Shown: positions 1-11,985, counted from the stretch's first letter. The stretch: DNA of 64,000 bases from TPA_inf: Saccharomyces (GCA_000146045.2 BK006949.2:64001-128000), one strand, 5' to 3'. Notes: generated by a model not told the origin, from the letters alone. Made by a program: numbers and translations.

Positions 1-976
1 TACGTGACATAAAATACCTATAATAAGATGAAGACATCAATTCTCAAGTTCCACTTTTCGCCGGTTGAGTGTATCGGTCATAGTACAAAGGCAGAAATGA
101 ATAATAGTAATATTAATCGCAGTTTCCTGTTGTTTAGAGAACTGAAACGCTTTGTGGGCATCAGGTTTAGATTAACTGCTACCCTTCTTCTGTATTTGTC
201 TGGCCATGCTTCTCAAATAAACCGCTGCGGATAACATTTCAAGTGGTTTCTCAAGGGAGAATCATAGTTTAGCTTAACATACAGCAAATCGTCACTATCT
301 TGACTGATGCCCGGTGTATAGAGAATGGGTAGTTAATATCATCTAGATGGGGTTTCTTTGAAAACACCAGTTTCTTTGAGGACACCAGTTTCAGTGCTTC
401 TCTCTACCCCATCAACTATTGCACTCCTACCTGCGTAATAAGTATACGAAGTCTAAAATAGTGGGACGTCTTGCTTTTTTCGGTAGTTTTTCGTTTCGAT
501 AAAGGCAACAATGCTGTATATTGTATGCAGGAAGTTCTTAAGGAAAATACAGGAATCTTTAGAAAAAGAATAAATAGCTTTCCATTGTATCATGAACAAG
601 TCACTCTTCATATTATATGTCGTCGCTTCTTATCCCTTTAAGTTATGAATTGTTGAGCTTAGGATTTTACCACAACTGAATAACATTTTCTTTATTCTAA
701 TAATCGATTTTTTTTAATAAGATTAGACTTGAGTGCCATCAGCAAAGAAAAATACTTTTAATGTCCTTTTTTTAACTCTACACAGAATTTAGTTGGCTGT
801 TTCATTGATTTACAAAAATATAAATATATACCGTTAAAATTATAGCGATAAACTGAGTATGTGGTCTCTCTTTTCCCGCAGAATATGAAAGCTTTTCTTT
901 TATAAATCTTATAATATTGGTCTCTTTTTGGTACGTTTGGCAAATTGGCATTCATTTATCATGAAAAGAACAGGAA

Positions 977-2614
977 CTATATTACTTGGGTATTGCCCAT
1001 ACCAAAAGAAATTAAAGATGAGGCACTGCTAGATTTACCGCTATTTATGGTCCCAGTTGGCGAGGGGAACATTCCATGGTTAATGAAGCTTGTCTTGGGT
1101 GGGCCCCCATTGAGGTAATGCGCCGTTGCGGGATTTTGGTTTTCCTTGTTAGACTCATTTAGGTTTAGCAAATCAATATAATCATTGGTTGCGTTATTGC
1201 TGTTAGGACCCGTGATTTGTTCGTAGATCCTTTGTTTGTTATTTGTATTCACCAGACTATTCACACTAACGGTGCTACCACATATACTGTTTGACTGCTG
1301 CTGACCAAATTGGTACATACTTGGAGTGATTGGTGATGATTGTTCCATATTCCGGCTGAAAACGCTGTTATCAGAGAGTGAGCTCATGTTTCTCATTGGA
1401 GTGTGGCTTTGAGATGAGGAAGCGGGCGAAGGAATGGATGTGCTATTTGAATTTTCGAAAGAGCATGATGGGGTTGATATGGTAAGCTTTCTCGAAATGT
1501 TCAAGTTGGATGCAATTTGCAGTTTTCTTTGTAGATCCAAGTGATATTCTTTCACTTGATTAATGAAGGGTAGAACACCATTGACCGTTTTATACACTTC
1601 CATCAAGGAGTTAGGAATGGAAACAATGCCGTTCATTAAGGTACTCAAAATTTCACCATTTTTGCTTTCTGATGTCATTGGAGTCATTAAAAAAGGACCG
1701 TGGTCTTGATTGGTGAATTGATTGATAATGGAGAATATGCCGTGCGATACTTCGAAAAGTTCATATCTAAGTAAGTCGTACTGCCACGCGGATACATCAA
1801 TCAAGAATTTTTTCAAATTAATCAACTTGATCTTTAGTTTTAAGTCTTCTTCTTCTTCTTCTTCGTTTTGGTAGGGCCTCTCGTCTACAGTGGCATCACT
1901 ATCCTGGGATAATTGAGACTGACGTTTTTCAGAGCATTGTTTGTCATAAGTAACTTGATTTTCATAAAGTTCGTATTGCATCAAACAATTTTCATCAACA
2001 TTTAAAACGTAATCATTGATCATTGGTTCATAAATGTTCCAATTTAAAGTGTCTAGTATATGTCTTTCCATTTGTAAAAACATTGATTCATCAAAGACCT
2101 GACCATCACCACAGTAATGAACTAGTTCAGAGAGTCGAGGTATACGTGCCCTTGGGTTGGGACCATAAAATCTTCCGCCAGTAGGGATGACTACATTATT
2201 GATGATGTGATTACAACCGCCCCAAGTTTTAGCAGCCAACCAGAGACAAGTAGCGACAACCAATTTGGCTTGGTCCCGTAACACGATTCTCTTGGAACAA
2301 TAGCGGTCATATAATCTAACTGAATGAAAAAAAATACCATTTGTCACTCGAGTGACCACAGACAGCTCGAACAAAAAAGTGATAATGTTGGACCTTGTTT
2401 CCACGGGGTTCATTTCAGGCTGCTGGTCTATTAGTTTTGGATTAGGTTTGAACTTACATGATTGAGCAATAACATTGGTGGAGATTTCTTGGTGGTATTC
2501 TTGCAGCATTTCGAAGTGAGAAAGTAATTCTGCATTAGATAGCTCAATCGGATAGTAGTCCGGTTTAGCATTGATGACGAGTCCCATACGGGGTCTTGGT
2601 TCAGCACTAGCCAT
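977..2614 (-). CDS. CLN2: G1 cyclin Cln2 (545 aa)
   Basis: 1638-nt ATG-initiated ORF. Protein begins [31 protein letters not shown] with a cyclin box, poly-Glu stretch and Ser/Thr-rich PEST tail. Length matches Cln2. Confidence 0.95.
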
Positions 2615-3145
2615 TGTCTGTCGTTAAATTTAATGAATGAATGGAAAAAAGAAAAGATTTTCTTTTGTATGCAAATTATGATGTGGTAAGCGAATGAATT
2701 GGCAGCTATAGAGTCTAGCAATGCTGTATATAAGAAGAAAATTTGACGATGAAGTAAAGTAGATGTTAAAATAAAAGTAAGTTGTCCTTGATATTATCTA
2801 TTGCCAATTCACTAAAAAACCAGTAAGAGGAGCATAATAGTTACCAGAGTCGATTGCTATTTTTTTATATATGAAAGAGATAGTAAGTTAAACAAGTAGC
2901 CAGAGGCTGCGTGCGATACGCAAATAGAAGGCGGATCTGCGTTCTGCGTTTGCGCAGGCCTTTTTTCCTTTCCGTTTTTCAGTAGGCCTGTCAGATCAAC
3001 ATTTCGCAGGTTAGATCCTCAAAAAGGGCCAACAGTTGTTTCAGTTGGTGTTCATTTCAATTTTTAGCAGTTATACTTAACAGGCTACGCCAAATGTGCT
3101 CTTCGCTAGGTATCCGCATGCGGAAACATAACGGTTTTTGGCGCG

Positions 3146-3220
3146 TTTCGTGACTAGAACACGCAGTTTTGAGGTTCAGCGGGACGAATTTCGTGTACTT
3201 CCGTTGAGACAAATTTCGCG
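3146..3220. promoter_or_regulatory. Cluster of SBF sites (SCB; CACGAAA/CGCGAAA on CLN2-coding strand) in the CLN2 upstream region
   Basis: TTTCGTG at 3146-3152 and 3189-3195, TTTCGCG at 3214-3220, i.e. 530-610 bp upstream of the CLN2 ATG. This matches the known CLN2 UAS position. An additional CACGAAA lies at 3607-3613. Confidence 0.6.
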
Positions 3221-3724
3221 ATGATTTCCGTTTTCGGAAAGATGGAGCCGGGTAAAGCGCGCATGAATTGATAACTTGGCACTTTTGAACCTCAGTATCA
3301 TTATTAACAATGTATAGTTGCTTTAGTTCGCATTTCAGGGTAAAAGTGCGGAGGATACGAAAAAGATGAGATAACTTACAGAAGGAAACGAATAGTGGTT
3401 TCAAAAAATGCCTTTCACTCGTAGAGAAAACAATAAAAGTTACCGCACTCCAACACAGGCGATACTGGAGGAATATTTTCAAGAGTAAATAGAAGCAAAG
3501 ATGCTTAAAAATGGATACTTGAACCAATTTTTCTGTAGCGGTATATTACGCTGCTCTTTTAAAATTATTTCTGACGCGACCCGTTTTTGTGTCGCTCGGT
3601 GAAAATCACGAAAAACTTGACACTTTGAAAACTAATACAACATAAAGAGACTGAAGACGAGGAAATCAAAACAACGAAAAAAGTCAATCTTCGAAGGAGC
3701 ATAGAGGCGAATGACTACTGAACA

Positions 3725-4882
3725 ATGAATCAGGAAGACAACACGGGCGGAGGGGGCATTTTTGGTCTTTTCAAATGGACTAAGGATGCGCTGTTTGGTA
3801 CGGACATATCACCTTCAATGAAATATAAAGATCAGGAAGAACGAAGAGACCGATCTAGGTATGCCCAAGACGACACAAATTTTTCTATGAAGTTTGGAAA
3901 TGACTCCAACAGGAGGAGTACAAACTTATCGAGGTCAAATTCGTGGTCTGGTCTGGATTCAACGCTCCATAGGAAGTACGAGTTACTCCCAGAGTACAAC
4001 GAGAACGGCTTTAACTCAATTGTTAACGGTGACCACCACAGCAAAGAGAGAATACGATCTTTACGAAGTCCTGCTCCGATAGTACCGAGAGAACCACTTC
4101 GTAACGAACCTACGGATACATTTGGTCACAGACTACACACAAAAAGGAGAACTATAAATGAGCTTTCCAATTCGCAGATACCCTTTATACCACCTCAGGA
4201 AGACGACCCTTTGCTCTCGAAATTATTTAACAAGGATGGAGTTAATGAGGTTAGAAGATCGCCCTATAAGTTATCGGTTAAAGATATACCAGGCAAATTT
4301 CCATCTCCCTTAACAAAACGTGATGAAATAGACAATTACTATGTCCGGGACGAAGATGCTTGCCACAAGAATAGAGAGTATAAAAAGGCATATTTTGATC
4401 TTTTTGCACAAATGGACTTGAACAGTAGAGACCTGGAAGATTTGTGTGAGGATGTTAGAGAGCAGCGTGAGCAATTCCACAGGAATGAGCAAACTTATAA
4501 GCAAGCATACGAGGAAATGAGAGCAGAACTGGTCAACGAGTTGAAGAAATCTAAGACACTCTTTGAAAATTATTATTCATTAGGTCAGAAGTACAAGAGT
4601 TTGAAAAAGGTCCTTGATCAAACGATCAGTCATGAGGCTGAACTGGCCACTTCTAGGGAACGGCTGTATCAGGAGGAGGATTTGAAAAACTTTGAAATAC
4701 AAACATTGAAGCAAAGACTATCCGATTTAGAGCTGAAATATACCAATTTGCAAATAGAAAAGGACATGCAGCGGGACAATTATGAATCCGAAATACATGA
4801 TTTATTATTACAGCTTAGCCTTCGTAATAACGAGAGAAAAGATACTTCTGCTGGTTCGAATATTTTTTCAACAGGACAATAG
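3725..4882 (+). CDS. BBP1: Spindle pole body component Bbp1 (385 aa)
   Basis: ATG ORF, coiled-coil C-terminal half, length and [12 protein letters not shown]-terminus match Bbp1. Divergent from CLN2 as in the yeast genome. Confidence 0.9.
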   Translation: MNQEDNTGGGGIFGLFKWTKDALFGTDISPSMKYKDQEERRDRSRYAQDDTNFSMKFGNDSNRRSTNLSRSNSWSGLDSTLHRKYELLPEYNENGFNSIVNGDHHSKERIRSLRSPAPIVPREPLRNEPTDTFGHRLHTKRRTINELSNSQIPFIPPQEDDPLLSKLFNKDGVNEVRRSPYKLSVKDIPGKFPSPLTKRDEIDNYYVRDEDACHKNREYKKAYFDLFAQMDLNSRDLEDLCEDVREQREQFHRNEQTYKQAYEEMRAELVNELKKSKTLFENYYSLGQKYKSLKKVLDQTISHEAELATSRERLYQEEDLKNFEIQTLKQRLSDLELKYTNLQIEKDMQRDNYESEIHDLLLQLSLRNNERKDTSAGSNIFSTGQ

Positions 4883-5484
4883 GACAGGACTCCATTCCAC
4901 AATGGAAATAACAGTTACGACTCTAATTCGCATTCATGGGACACTGATTACTTAAAAAATATAGACGGATTCATAGAACGCTGAAGCAGAAAAGCTGACA
5001 CGTTTCTCCCACTGTAACATTAAAAATACGTCATGATAGCAATGATAATGTGTTAACTACTTAGGTATGTACATTATATAGATAACGGAATAAAAAAAGA
5101 TACGTTCTTATTATCATCACTCAACACGAGCTGTAATTCCCGCCCATTTTTTCTTCATTATCAGGTTGCGATTTTGAACAAAAAAAGTGAAACTTGAAGT
5201 TACGATGTGACATAAATTTGTTAAAATAAAAAAGATAAAATTCAGGATAGAAGTAGGTGCAACGCGAAATTGTCTCTGTCTACTTGTGCCTTGAACATCG
5301 AACTTACAACAGATTAACAAAGTATCGTTGCTCTTTTCATTCGTCTGTTCGTTATCATCATTGGATAGGGCTTACTTTCTCGCACGTGATTTTTCCCACA
5401 GTATAAATTTTGAGCTATAAGTGGTAATAAAAATTCAATAAAAATATAGGGAAAACAAGCCCAGTAGTTTTGATTTCTTCTATC

Positions 5485-6951
5485 ATGTCAGCTATACAAT
5501 CGCCAGCACCTAAACCTCTGCAGCCAACTTATCCAGCTGCTTCGCCAGCTTCCACGAATGCATATATGAAGCCGGGCCTAATTGGTAGTCCTGCCGTCAG
5601 TAATCATACCGAGCCTAACAATGGTAACAATGAAACTGCGGAGCCTCAGGGACCAAATCAGAGAATTGATTTGGGTGCCATGATCGAAGAATTAACCTCA
5701 CTATTGGGAAAAGAAAGCTGGACGAAATATGCTCAGATCATCAGTCTTTTCATTTTAGGGAAGTTATCCAGAAAGGAACTTTCTAATGAATTAGAGCTGG
5801 TATTTTCACCAAGCGCTGCAAGCTTAGAAAAATCAAATACAAATCATCACCATAGTTTAGTACGACTTCATAACCAACTTTTATTAGGGATTTTTGCTAA
5901 TTCATTACGTGAAAACCCTCTTGGGAGAAACGGTAATGAGAGTTCTTGGGGATTTGGCAATGGAAGCAACAATCCAAACAATAAACTAAAAAGAATCAAT
6001 AAGCATAACTCTCAAATTGAAGTCTATAAAAAAATTGTCATGTCGTTACCTCTAAATGATCGAAATAGACTTAAAATGATCACGAAAGAGGCCGGCAAAA
6101 GAGGCTTCATTTTTTGCTCTGTATTTCAAGCCAGATTAAATAATATACCCAAAATTCCCATTGTAACCAATCCAGAAAGTTTGAAGCGTGTCAAGAGCAA
6201 TAATTTAAAAACGCCGCTGGAATGGTCACAAGATATAATGAATGGATTCAACGTTCCTTTAGCGAGCGAAAGCCATTCTTTACCAGACACGGATTCGTTT
6301 TACTTAAGAATGGTTGGTATAGCAAGAGAACATGGGTTAGTCGGCACAGTGGACGCACGTTGCGTAGAGCTTATATCATTGGCCCTAGATCAATATCTAA
6401 AAAATATAATAGAGTTTACTATTGATACAGTTCGTTATAGAAGGAAGAAATATTCAGATTATTATGATTTGAATGAGAGTGGGCTTTATAAATCCGTATC
6501 AGAAATGGCTGCTGATAAACGCGATGCCAAAATTAAGCAGTTAGATGATGATAAAAATGAGGATGAATGTGCCGATGAAGCCAAAAGTATTAATAACGGC
6601 AATAACAGTAGCAAGGACGATATTGGCGACATATCAATGAGCAGCATTACAAAGGCTGGCGAAGCAGTTAATGAGGAGTTACATGAAAACAGAACGATAT
6701 CATTAACGAATGAAGACATATATGATTCGTTATCTATATTTCCGAATTTGGTTGAACCTTCAGGTTCATACTATGCGTTAACTAATTTAGGGCTAGTTAA
6801 CGATGATGAACTAGTAGATATGAAGAGCAATATTGACGACTTGCCGGACTTCTTAAATGAAAAGCCGACTTTCACGCCTTTGGATGAAAGAAACGTTGGT
6901 ACAAGGCATGAATTAAATTGGTTAATTAAAGGAATCTTAACGGAAGATTGA
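5485..6951 (+). CDS. HFI1: SAGA/ADA adaptor subunit Hfi1/Ada1 (488 aa)
   Basis: The track ORF starts at TTG (5470); the first ATG at 5485 gives MSAIQSPAPKPLQ and a 488-aa product. Confidence 0.88.
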   Translation: MSAIQSPAPKPLQPTYPAASPASTNAYMKPGLIGSPAVSNHTEPNNGNNETAEPQGPNQRIDLGAMIEELTSLLGKESWTKYAQIISLFILGKLSRKELSNELELVFSPSAASLEKSNTNHHHSLVRLHNQLLLGIFANSLRENPLGRNGNESSWGFGNGSNNPNNKLKRINKHNSQIEVYKKIVMSLPLNDRNRLKMITKEAGKRGFIFCSVFQARLNNIPKIPIVTNPESLKRVKSNNLKTPLEWSQDIMNGFNVPLASESHSLPDTDSFYLRMVGIAREHGLVGTVDARCVELISLALDQYLKNIIEFTIDTVRYRRKKYSDYYDLNESGLYKSVSEMAADKRDAKIKQLDDDKNEDECADEAKSINNGNNSSKDDIGDISMSSITKAGEAVNEELHENRTISLTNEDIYDSLSIFPNLVEPSGSYYALTNLGLVNDDELVDMKSNIDDLPDFLNEKPTFTPLDERNVGTRHELNWLIKGILTED

Positions 6952-7062
6952 TGTATAAAAAGTGTGTGTATGCGGTATGTTGTAATTATATTGAAAGATT
7001 ATAAACCTTATTTGTTTCATATCTAAATGGCTGTGTTAAGAAAGACGATAATGTGACCGAGC

Positions 7063-9006
7063 TTAAGTGAGCTTTTTCTTTCTTTTACAAAGTTGTGTTT
7101 GAACTTCTTCTGAAATCGTTAATAATTTATTGACATTTTTTGAATCGTTCAAGTTTAGCAAGAAAAAGGATTTAGTATCAGAAATTAGTTTTTTCAGAAC
7201 AAGTGCAATAGGGGTCTCGCATGATTCCTTCTTAAAGATGCTTTTATCAAACTGTTCAATGGACTTCAGATTATTTAACTCGATAAAATAAAAGTCCACC
7301 GGTACGGGGTCATTGTTGCCATCGCTTTTTGAATCTCGAGGAAAAAACTGCACCTTGATTATACCCATCCCAGAATGAGGTAAATTTGGGTGTTCATCAC
7401 AACTAAAATTTAAGGGCAAATCTTCGAGTCCATTTTCTATGATGACAAGTTTGGAATCCAAAGAAATTGAGTGTTTTTCAAATTTCAACTTTATGCTATC
7501 TTTATCATTGTGGGAATAATCCAAGAGCATGTCCTGAGAAAATTCGTCATCTGATAAAAATACAAACTGTAAGGTGATCACATATTGTTTTTGATATATT
7601 GTATCCTTTTCGGCCAAAAATTTTATTAGAGACTCTCTCAATGAGCCATGTGGAGTGGTGCTTAGAGATATTAAGTTGAAATTTTTTTTTTGGTTCAGGC
7701 ACATATCATGGTAAACGCTATACTCTTGAGTGAAAAATTTATCTTCAGAAACTTTTAAATGCGGTATCACCCTATTAAATTTGTAAACATGTTCGCTTAG
7801 ACCTTGGGTTATTACGCCATTTTCGTAATCAAATAAAAGGTTCTCAGGCAAATTTTGCTCCATCACGTAAGCGTAACAGCGCATCGTGCCTTTTTGTTCA
7901 ATAATAGAGTTTTCAAGTCTCCTACTCCGCAGGAGTTCTTTTTCCACAGTGTTATAGGTATCATTATAAAATTTTTCCTGTTTAGAGGCCATTTCTTTCA
8001 AATTTTCCATTTGGTTTTGTAAATGTTCCAAATCTTGCGAGTTTTGTAAGGATTTGCTTATTAGTGGGTTGTTTGCCAATTCCAATTGTTTTATATTTTC
8101 ATTTATTTCTGAGATGTTTTGTTCCGAATATTCAGCTTGTCTATCTATATCCATGATCTCCTTGTGTAACTTCTCACTTTCCGATTGTAGAGTGGCTATC
8201 TGATCAAGTAATTCACGATGTTTGTTTGTCAAATTTTCCATGGATTTTAACTTAGCTTCTTTGAATGCAATAAAATCCTTCCTCAATTGTGATTCGTGGT
8301 TTACTTGTCTTTCCAAGTTTTGCTTCTGTAAATTCGCCCAATTTATGTTGAGCTCTTGCAGCGTTTTCTTCAACTGAGATATTTCCTCTGTGATTTCGTG
8401 GTCAGGCTCGACATTTTCCATTATTTGCAGCTCATTTTCCCAAAAGATAAGCTTATTATTGTACAATTCTTGAGATTCCTGCCTTTTCAAGATCAGATTC
8501 TGGTCGAGTTCAGCCTGCAAGGTTGCCAAAGCGGATTTGTTCTTCTTAATTAAATCAGCGCGTTCACCGTCCTTGGAGTTCAGATTTTGCGTCAAATCTC
8601 TAACCTGTTTGAGATACTTTGCTTGTTTGGATTTTTTCTTATAAAGTTCAAACCTGGACTTATTGAGATCTCGAAACTTGATGGTTTTGATTTCTCTTTC
8701 GCACTCAATCAATTGAGTCCTGAGAGTATGTCTTTGGAACCTTATTTTGTCTTGGCGGTCTTTTAAGTCCTTAATTTTGCTCATGTTGATGTTTAATGAT
8801 GCAGATCGAGATACAGATGGGAAGGAATCCTTTACGGGTGGAAGAGCCAATGAACTCTTCATAGACGAAGGTCTAGAGCCATTCATGGTGTTTGTCGTGT
8901 TTGTGATATCCATAAGGTTTCGAGATTTTGATGAGGACACATTATCGGGATTGTGAAAGATTCTATTCTTTGAAAGAAAAGCGTGTTTGTTTTGCTGTGA
9001 CGCCAT
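7063..9006 (-). CDS. VIK1: Kar3-associated kinesin-like protein Vik1 (647 aa)
   Basis: The track ORF starts at GTG (9015); the first ATG at 9006 gives MASQQNKHAFLSK. It has a long coiled coil plus a C-terminal motor-homology-like domain, and the length is 647 aa. Confidence 0.88.
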   Translation of the reverse strand: MASQQNKHAFLSKNRIFHNPDNVSSSKSRNLMDITNTTNTMNGSRPSSMKSSLALPPVKDSFPSVSRSASLNINMSKIKDLKDRQDKIRFQRHTLRTQLIECEREIKTIKFRDLNKSRFELYKKKSKQAKYLKQVRDLTQNLNSKDGERADLIKKNKSALATLQAELDQNLILKRQESQELYNNKLIFWENELQIMENVEPDHEITEEISQLKKTLQELNINWANLQKQNLERQVNHESQLRKDFIAFKEAKLKSMENLTNKHRELLDQIATLQSESEKLHKEIMDIDRQAEYSEQNISEINENIKQLELANNPLISKSLQNSQDLEHLQNQMENLKEMASKQEKFYNDTYNTVEKELLRSRRLENSIIEQKGTMRCYAYVMEQNLPENLLFDYENGVITQGLSEHVYKFNRVIPHLKVSEDKFFTQEYSVYHDMCLNQKKNFNLISLSTTPHGSLRESLIKFLAEKDTIYQKQYVITLQFVFLSDDEFSQDMLLDYSHNDKDSIKLKFEKHSISLDSKLVIIENGLEDLPLNFSCDEHPNLPHSGMGIIKVQFFPRDSKSDGNNDPVPVDFYFIELNNLKSIEQFDKSIFKKESCETPIALVLKKLISDTKSFFLLNLNDSKNVNKLLTISEEVQTQLCKRKKKLT

Positions 9007-9362
9007 AAAGTACACTGGTCAGGAAATGGTGCTTTTGCGAGGAGAATGTGTGTGTATGTGTGTGTTGTTAGGGCATTTCATATTCTATATTCATTGTTTT
9101 TTTGTTTTTTTTGTTTTTTCAGTTCTTTGTTTACCTATTTTTTCTTTGCCGCAATTGCAAATATTATTAACTTAATTGCGATTATTGAGACTAAACAATA
9201 AAGACCTGGCAGTGGAGGCATGACAGAGGATATCGCGAAACGATTGTTTAAGAGTATATTATAAAGTTGACTTGTTTCCTTATAATTATAATTATAAATA
9301 TATATATATAGATTATTCACAGGAGAAATTGGGGGCACAAATGAGGGGTAAAAATGCAGACA

Positions 9363-9881
9363 TTAACTAAAATCGTTGTTATTAACGTTTCTTGTCATCT
9401 GGGGCAGAGCGACTCTAATCCCATCGATATCTTTTGACATCTTAATCTGGCACCCAAGCCTGCTTGTCTCTGTTAGCCCGTAAGCAAGATCGAGCATATC
9501 GTTTTCATCATCTTCAGGTTCCGGCAGGGCATCGTAGTAGTCTGGATCAACGATGACGTGACAGGTGGAGCAGGCACAAGAACCGCCGCATGCGCCCTCC
9601 ATGTCCAGGTTGTGACCTTGAGCGATGTCCAGGATGGTTTCGCCCTCACAGACTTCGTACGTCTTCTGGGAGCCATCCTTCAGAATAAAAGTTATCTTCA
9701 GTTCTTCGCCTGGTTTCGGTTTTTTCAAATGGCCATGGTTTAAGAACGAAGACGTAGAGAAGGGCAGAAATCTTGTGGTTGTGGTGGTGCGTGTGAGCAG
9801 AGATGGAGAGGTGCGTAAAAGATGTGCTGCGATGTTCGATATTCTAGCTGTGTGTCCAGCCCGAGTAACAATTTTCAGCAT
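9363..9881 (-). CDS. YAH1: Mitochondrial [2Fe-2S] ferredoxin (adrenodoxin homologue), 172 aa
   Basis: ATG ORF with a mitochondrial presequence and the [11 protein letters not shown] 2Fe-2S ligand motif. Confidence 0.95.
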
Positions 9882-10308
9882 TGGGGGCGGGTTGAGTATA
9901 GATACGAGAAGCGCCTATTTCGTATGAGGTTTTTTTTTTCTATTATTATGTATATTAGGCATATATATACATATATATATTTTGCATACATATTCATTTT
10001 TAAAAAAATGCAACTGCTACACGCTTTGAAAGATTCAATGAAAAGTTTTTCCGACGACCAGAATTGGCTAGCAAAAAAACGAAAATGTAATGGAGTCATG
10101 CAAACATGACTAATAGTAACAAAAAAAAAAGATATAGTAGAATTGAGTAAGTAAGTTCTATGTATATTGTTGTTATTTTCTCTAAAAAAAAAAAAAAACT
10201 ATGTAAAATTAGGAATTAAGAATATGCTTGGAAGGAATGCCGATTTAAAATGTGTAGGATATGCGATGCAAGGGGTCGTGAGAACAAGTAGAGATGTGGT
10301 AAAATGCG

Positions 10309-10719
10309 TCATACCGATGACAACCACAGTCTGTAGTTCTGTTGTGCGACATTGGCAAAGGCATCGTTACTTGCAAAGGCAAACCCAGAGGCAGAGTTAG
10401 ATTCCTTACTAGCAGCAGCAACTGCACTGGCGGCGTTGCCGTTAAATTCCATATCGAACATGCAATCGTCTTCAGTACTCGTTATTATGTTGCTGTCCGT
10501 CTTATCTTTAGTGTGCGTGCATTCTGACTCATCGACAATCGGGTACGATAGCGGAAAAGTTAGCAATTCTTGCTGGTAAGATTGAGAAAAGTCATCGGCA
10601 TAAGTCGATCTGTCCGGGCTATGCGAGAGCATAGGGGGCTCGAAAGCAACGTTTGAAAACGAAAGAGGGAAGACCTCGTCTTCATAGCGCGAGATGGGGG
10701 AAGATTCCACAGAGGACAT
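10309..10719 (-). CDS. ICY2: Icy2/Atg41 (136 aa)
   Basis: ATG ORF of 136 aa at the position expected between YAH1 and RPL36B. The protein is low-complexity and acidic. Confidence 0.8.
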   Translation of the reverse strand: MSSVESSPISRYEDEVFPLSFSNVAFEPPMLSHSPDRSTYADDFSQSYQQELLTFPLSYPIVDESECTHTKDKTDSNIITSTEDDCMFDMEFNGNAASAVAAASKESNSASGFAFASNDAFANVAQQNYRLWLSSV

Positions 10720-11698
10720 TGTAAATAATTGTAATTGTATATTATTGTGTGTAAGTTTGGTTGGTTTGGTGTAGCCAATTTAGTTTGGTTTTCTCAAGAA
10801 TAAAACAAGTAAGAAAGAAAGAGAGTTGCTCCAGACCCTTTCCGAAATCAAGATGAGTCCTGTTCTTATATATACCTTTTTACGCAGAGCCGCTTCTTTA
10901 TGCACCGTGGAGTAATTACCGAATTGCAAAACCACCCGGGTGTGGATGTGGATGCAAAATAACAGTGAAATGAGTAATAACAATGGTCATAAACATGTGG
11001 TGTGCAATGTGTCATCTTCGCGCGCGTGCTAAAAAAAACGAATAACGGTGGTGATCCCGCGGCTTTCCACACTGACGGGGTCACGTGTGTTTATTCTGTT
11101 TTCTTCTAACGGCTTCTGTAGATTTCCGGACGGTTCCACGCAGCGCCACAGCTTGGTTCCAGATCGACGGAAGAGAACGTGCAACCCTTTGGGCTGGTTA
11201 TGAAACAACGCAGATGGAGAATATGGCTCACAACCCCAAGGGACTTCTTGGTTTGGTTTTGTTTACAGTTTTTTGCTTGGCAAAGGTGCCATCGTTTGTC
11301 ATGATAGCATGACGGTAGCAGGCATCATTGATTTTGCAACTGTTGCGGACCAGGACAGTGGGTATGGTGTAACTTCTGTAACACACCCACAAATGTGGTT
11401 GAGTCTCTAATGGAGATGAGTGAGTGGGCGAGCCAGGATAGGGTCTTTGGCATGTGCGGTGCTTACCCGGAAGGGAGATGCGCACGTGACTGTTGAAAAA
11501 GGGAAAAGCAGAGGTAATGAATGACGAAGTCGGTTCATTGCATGTGCTGTTACACTTCTTAAATAGATATCGATTAAGAATTACTATAATGATTTGTTAC
11601 TTATTTTTTATTAACTAGCTTTGGGGGAGAGCCATGGAAAATAGCACTCGGTCTTGTGGCGGAGTTGGATTTGCTTGACTGTGGCCCCCTCACGCTGT

Positions 11699-11985
11699 TT
11701 AATGACGACGAGAGGCAGCAATGATGTTGTTCATTTCTTCGACCTTAGCCTTGGCTCTGGTGAAAGAACCCAATCTCTTCTTGGCGACCTTTCTGGCTCT
11801 CTTTTCACCGGAGTTTCTGATCAAATCGATCAATCTTCTTTCATATGGGGACAAACCGGCGATTTCTCTAACCAAAGATCTGACGAACTTGGTTCTGTTG
11901 GAGGCAGCACCCTTCTTGTAGGAGATCTTTGGGGCTGGAGTCATTTGGGTGACTTTCTTACCCTTGTTCAAACCAATAGCGATAC
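11699..11985 (-). CDS. RPL36B: Ribosomal protein L36 (RPL36B) exon 2
   Basis: Encodes ...GIAIGLNKGKKVTQMTPAPKISYKKGAASNRTKFVRSLVREIAGLSPYERR...AASRRH*. Preceded by a 3' splice acceptor, tttttttcctctAG. Confidence 0.95.

Noticed and set aside
3057-3527. 156-codon minus-strand ORF spanning the CLN2 upstream region
   Set aside because: The track start is TTG, not ATG, and the first in-frame ATG leaves only a short peptide. The region is the well-known CLN2 SCB promoter, and composition alone explains the open frame.
9625-9927. 100-codon plus-strand ORF overlapping YAH1 on the opposite strand (SGD-style dubious ORF, YPL251W-like)
   Set aside because: It is entirely antisense to a conserved ferredoxin gene, and open frames opposite GC-rich coding sequence are expected by chance.
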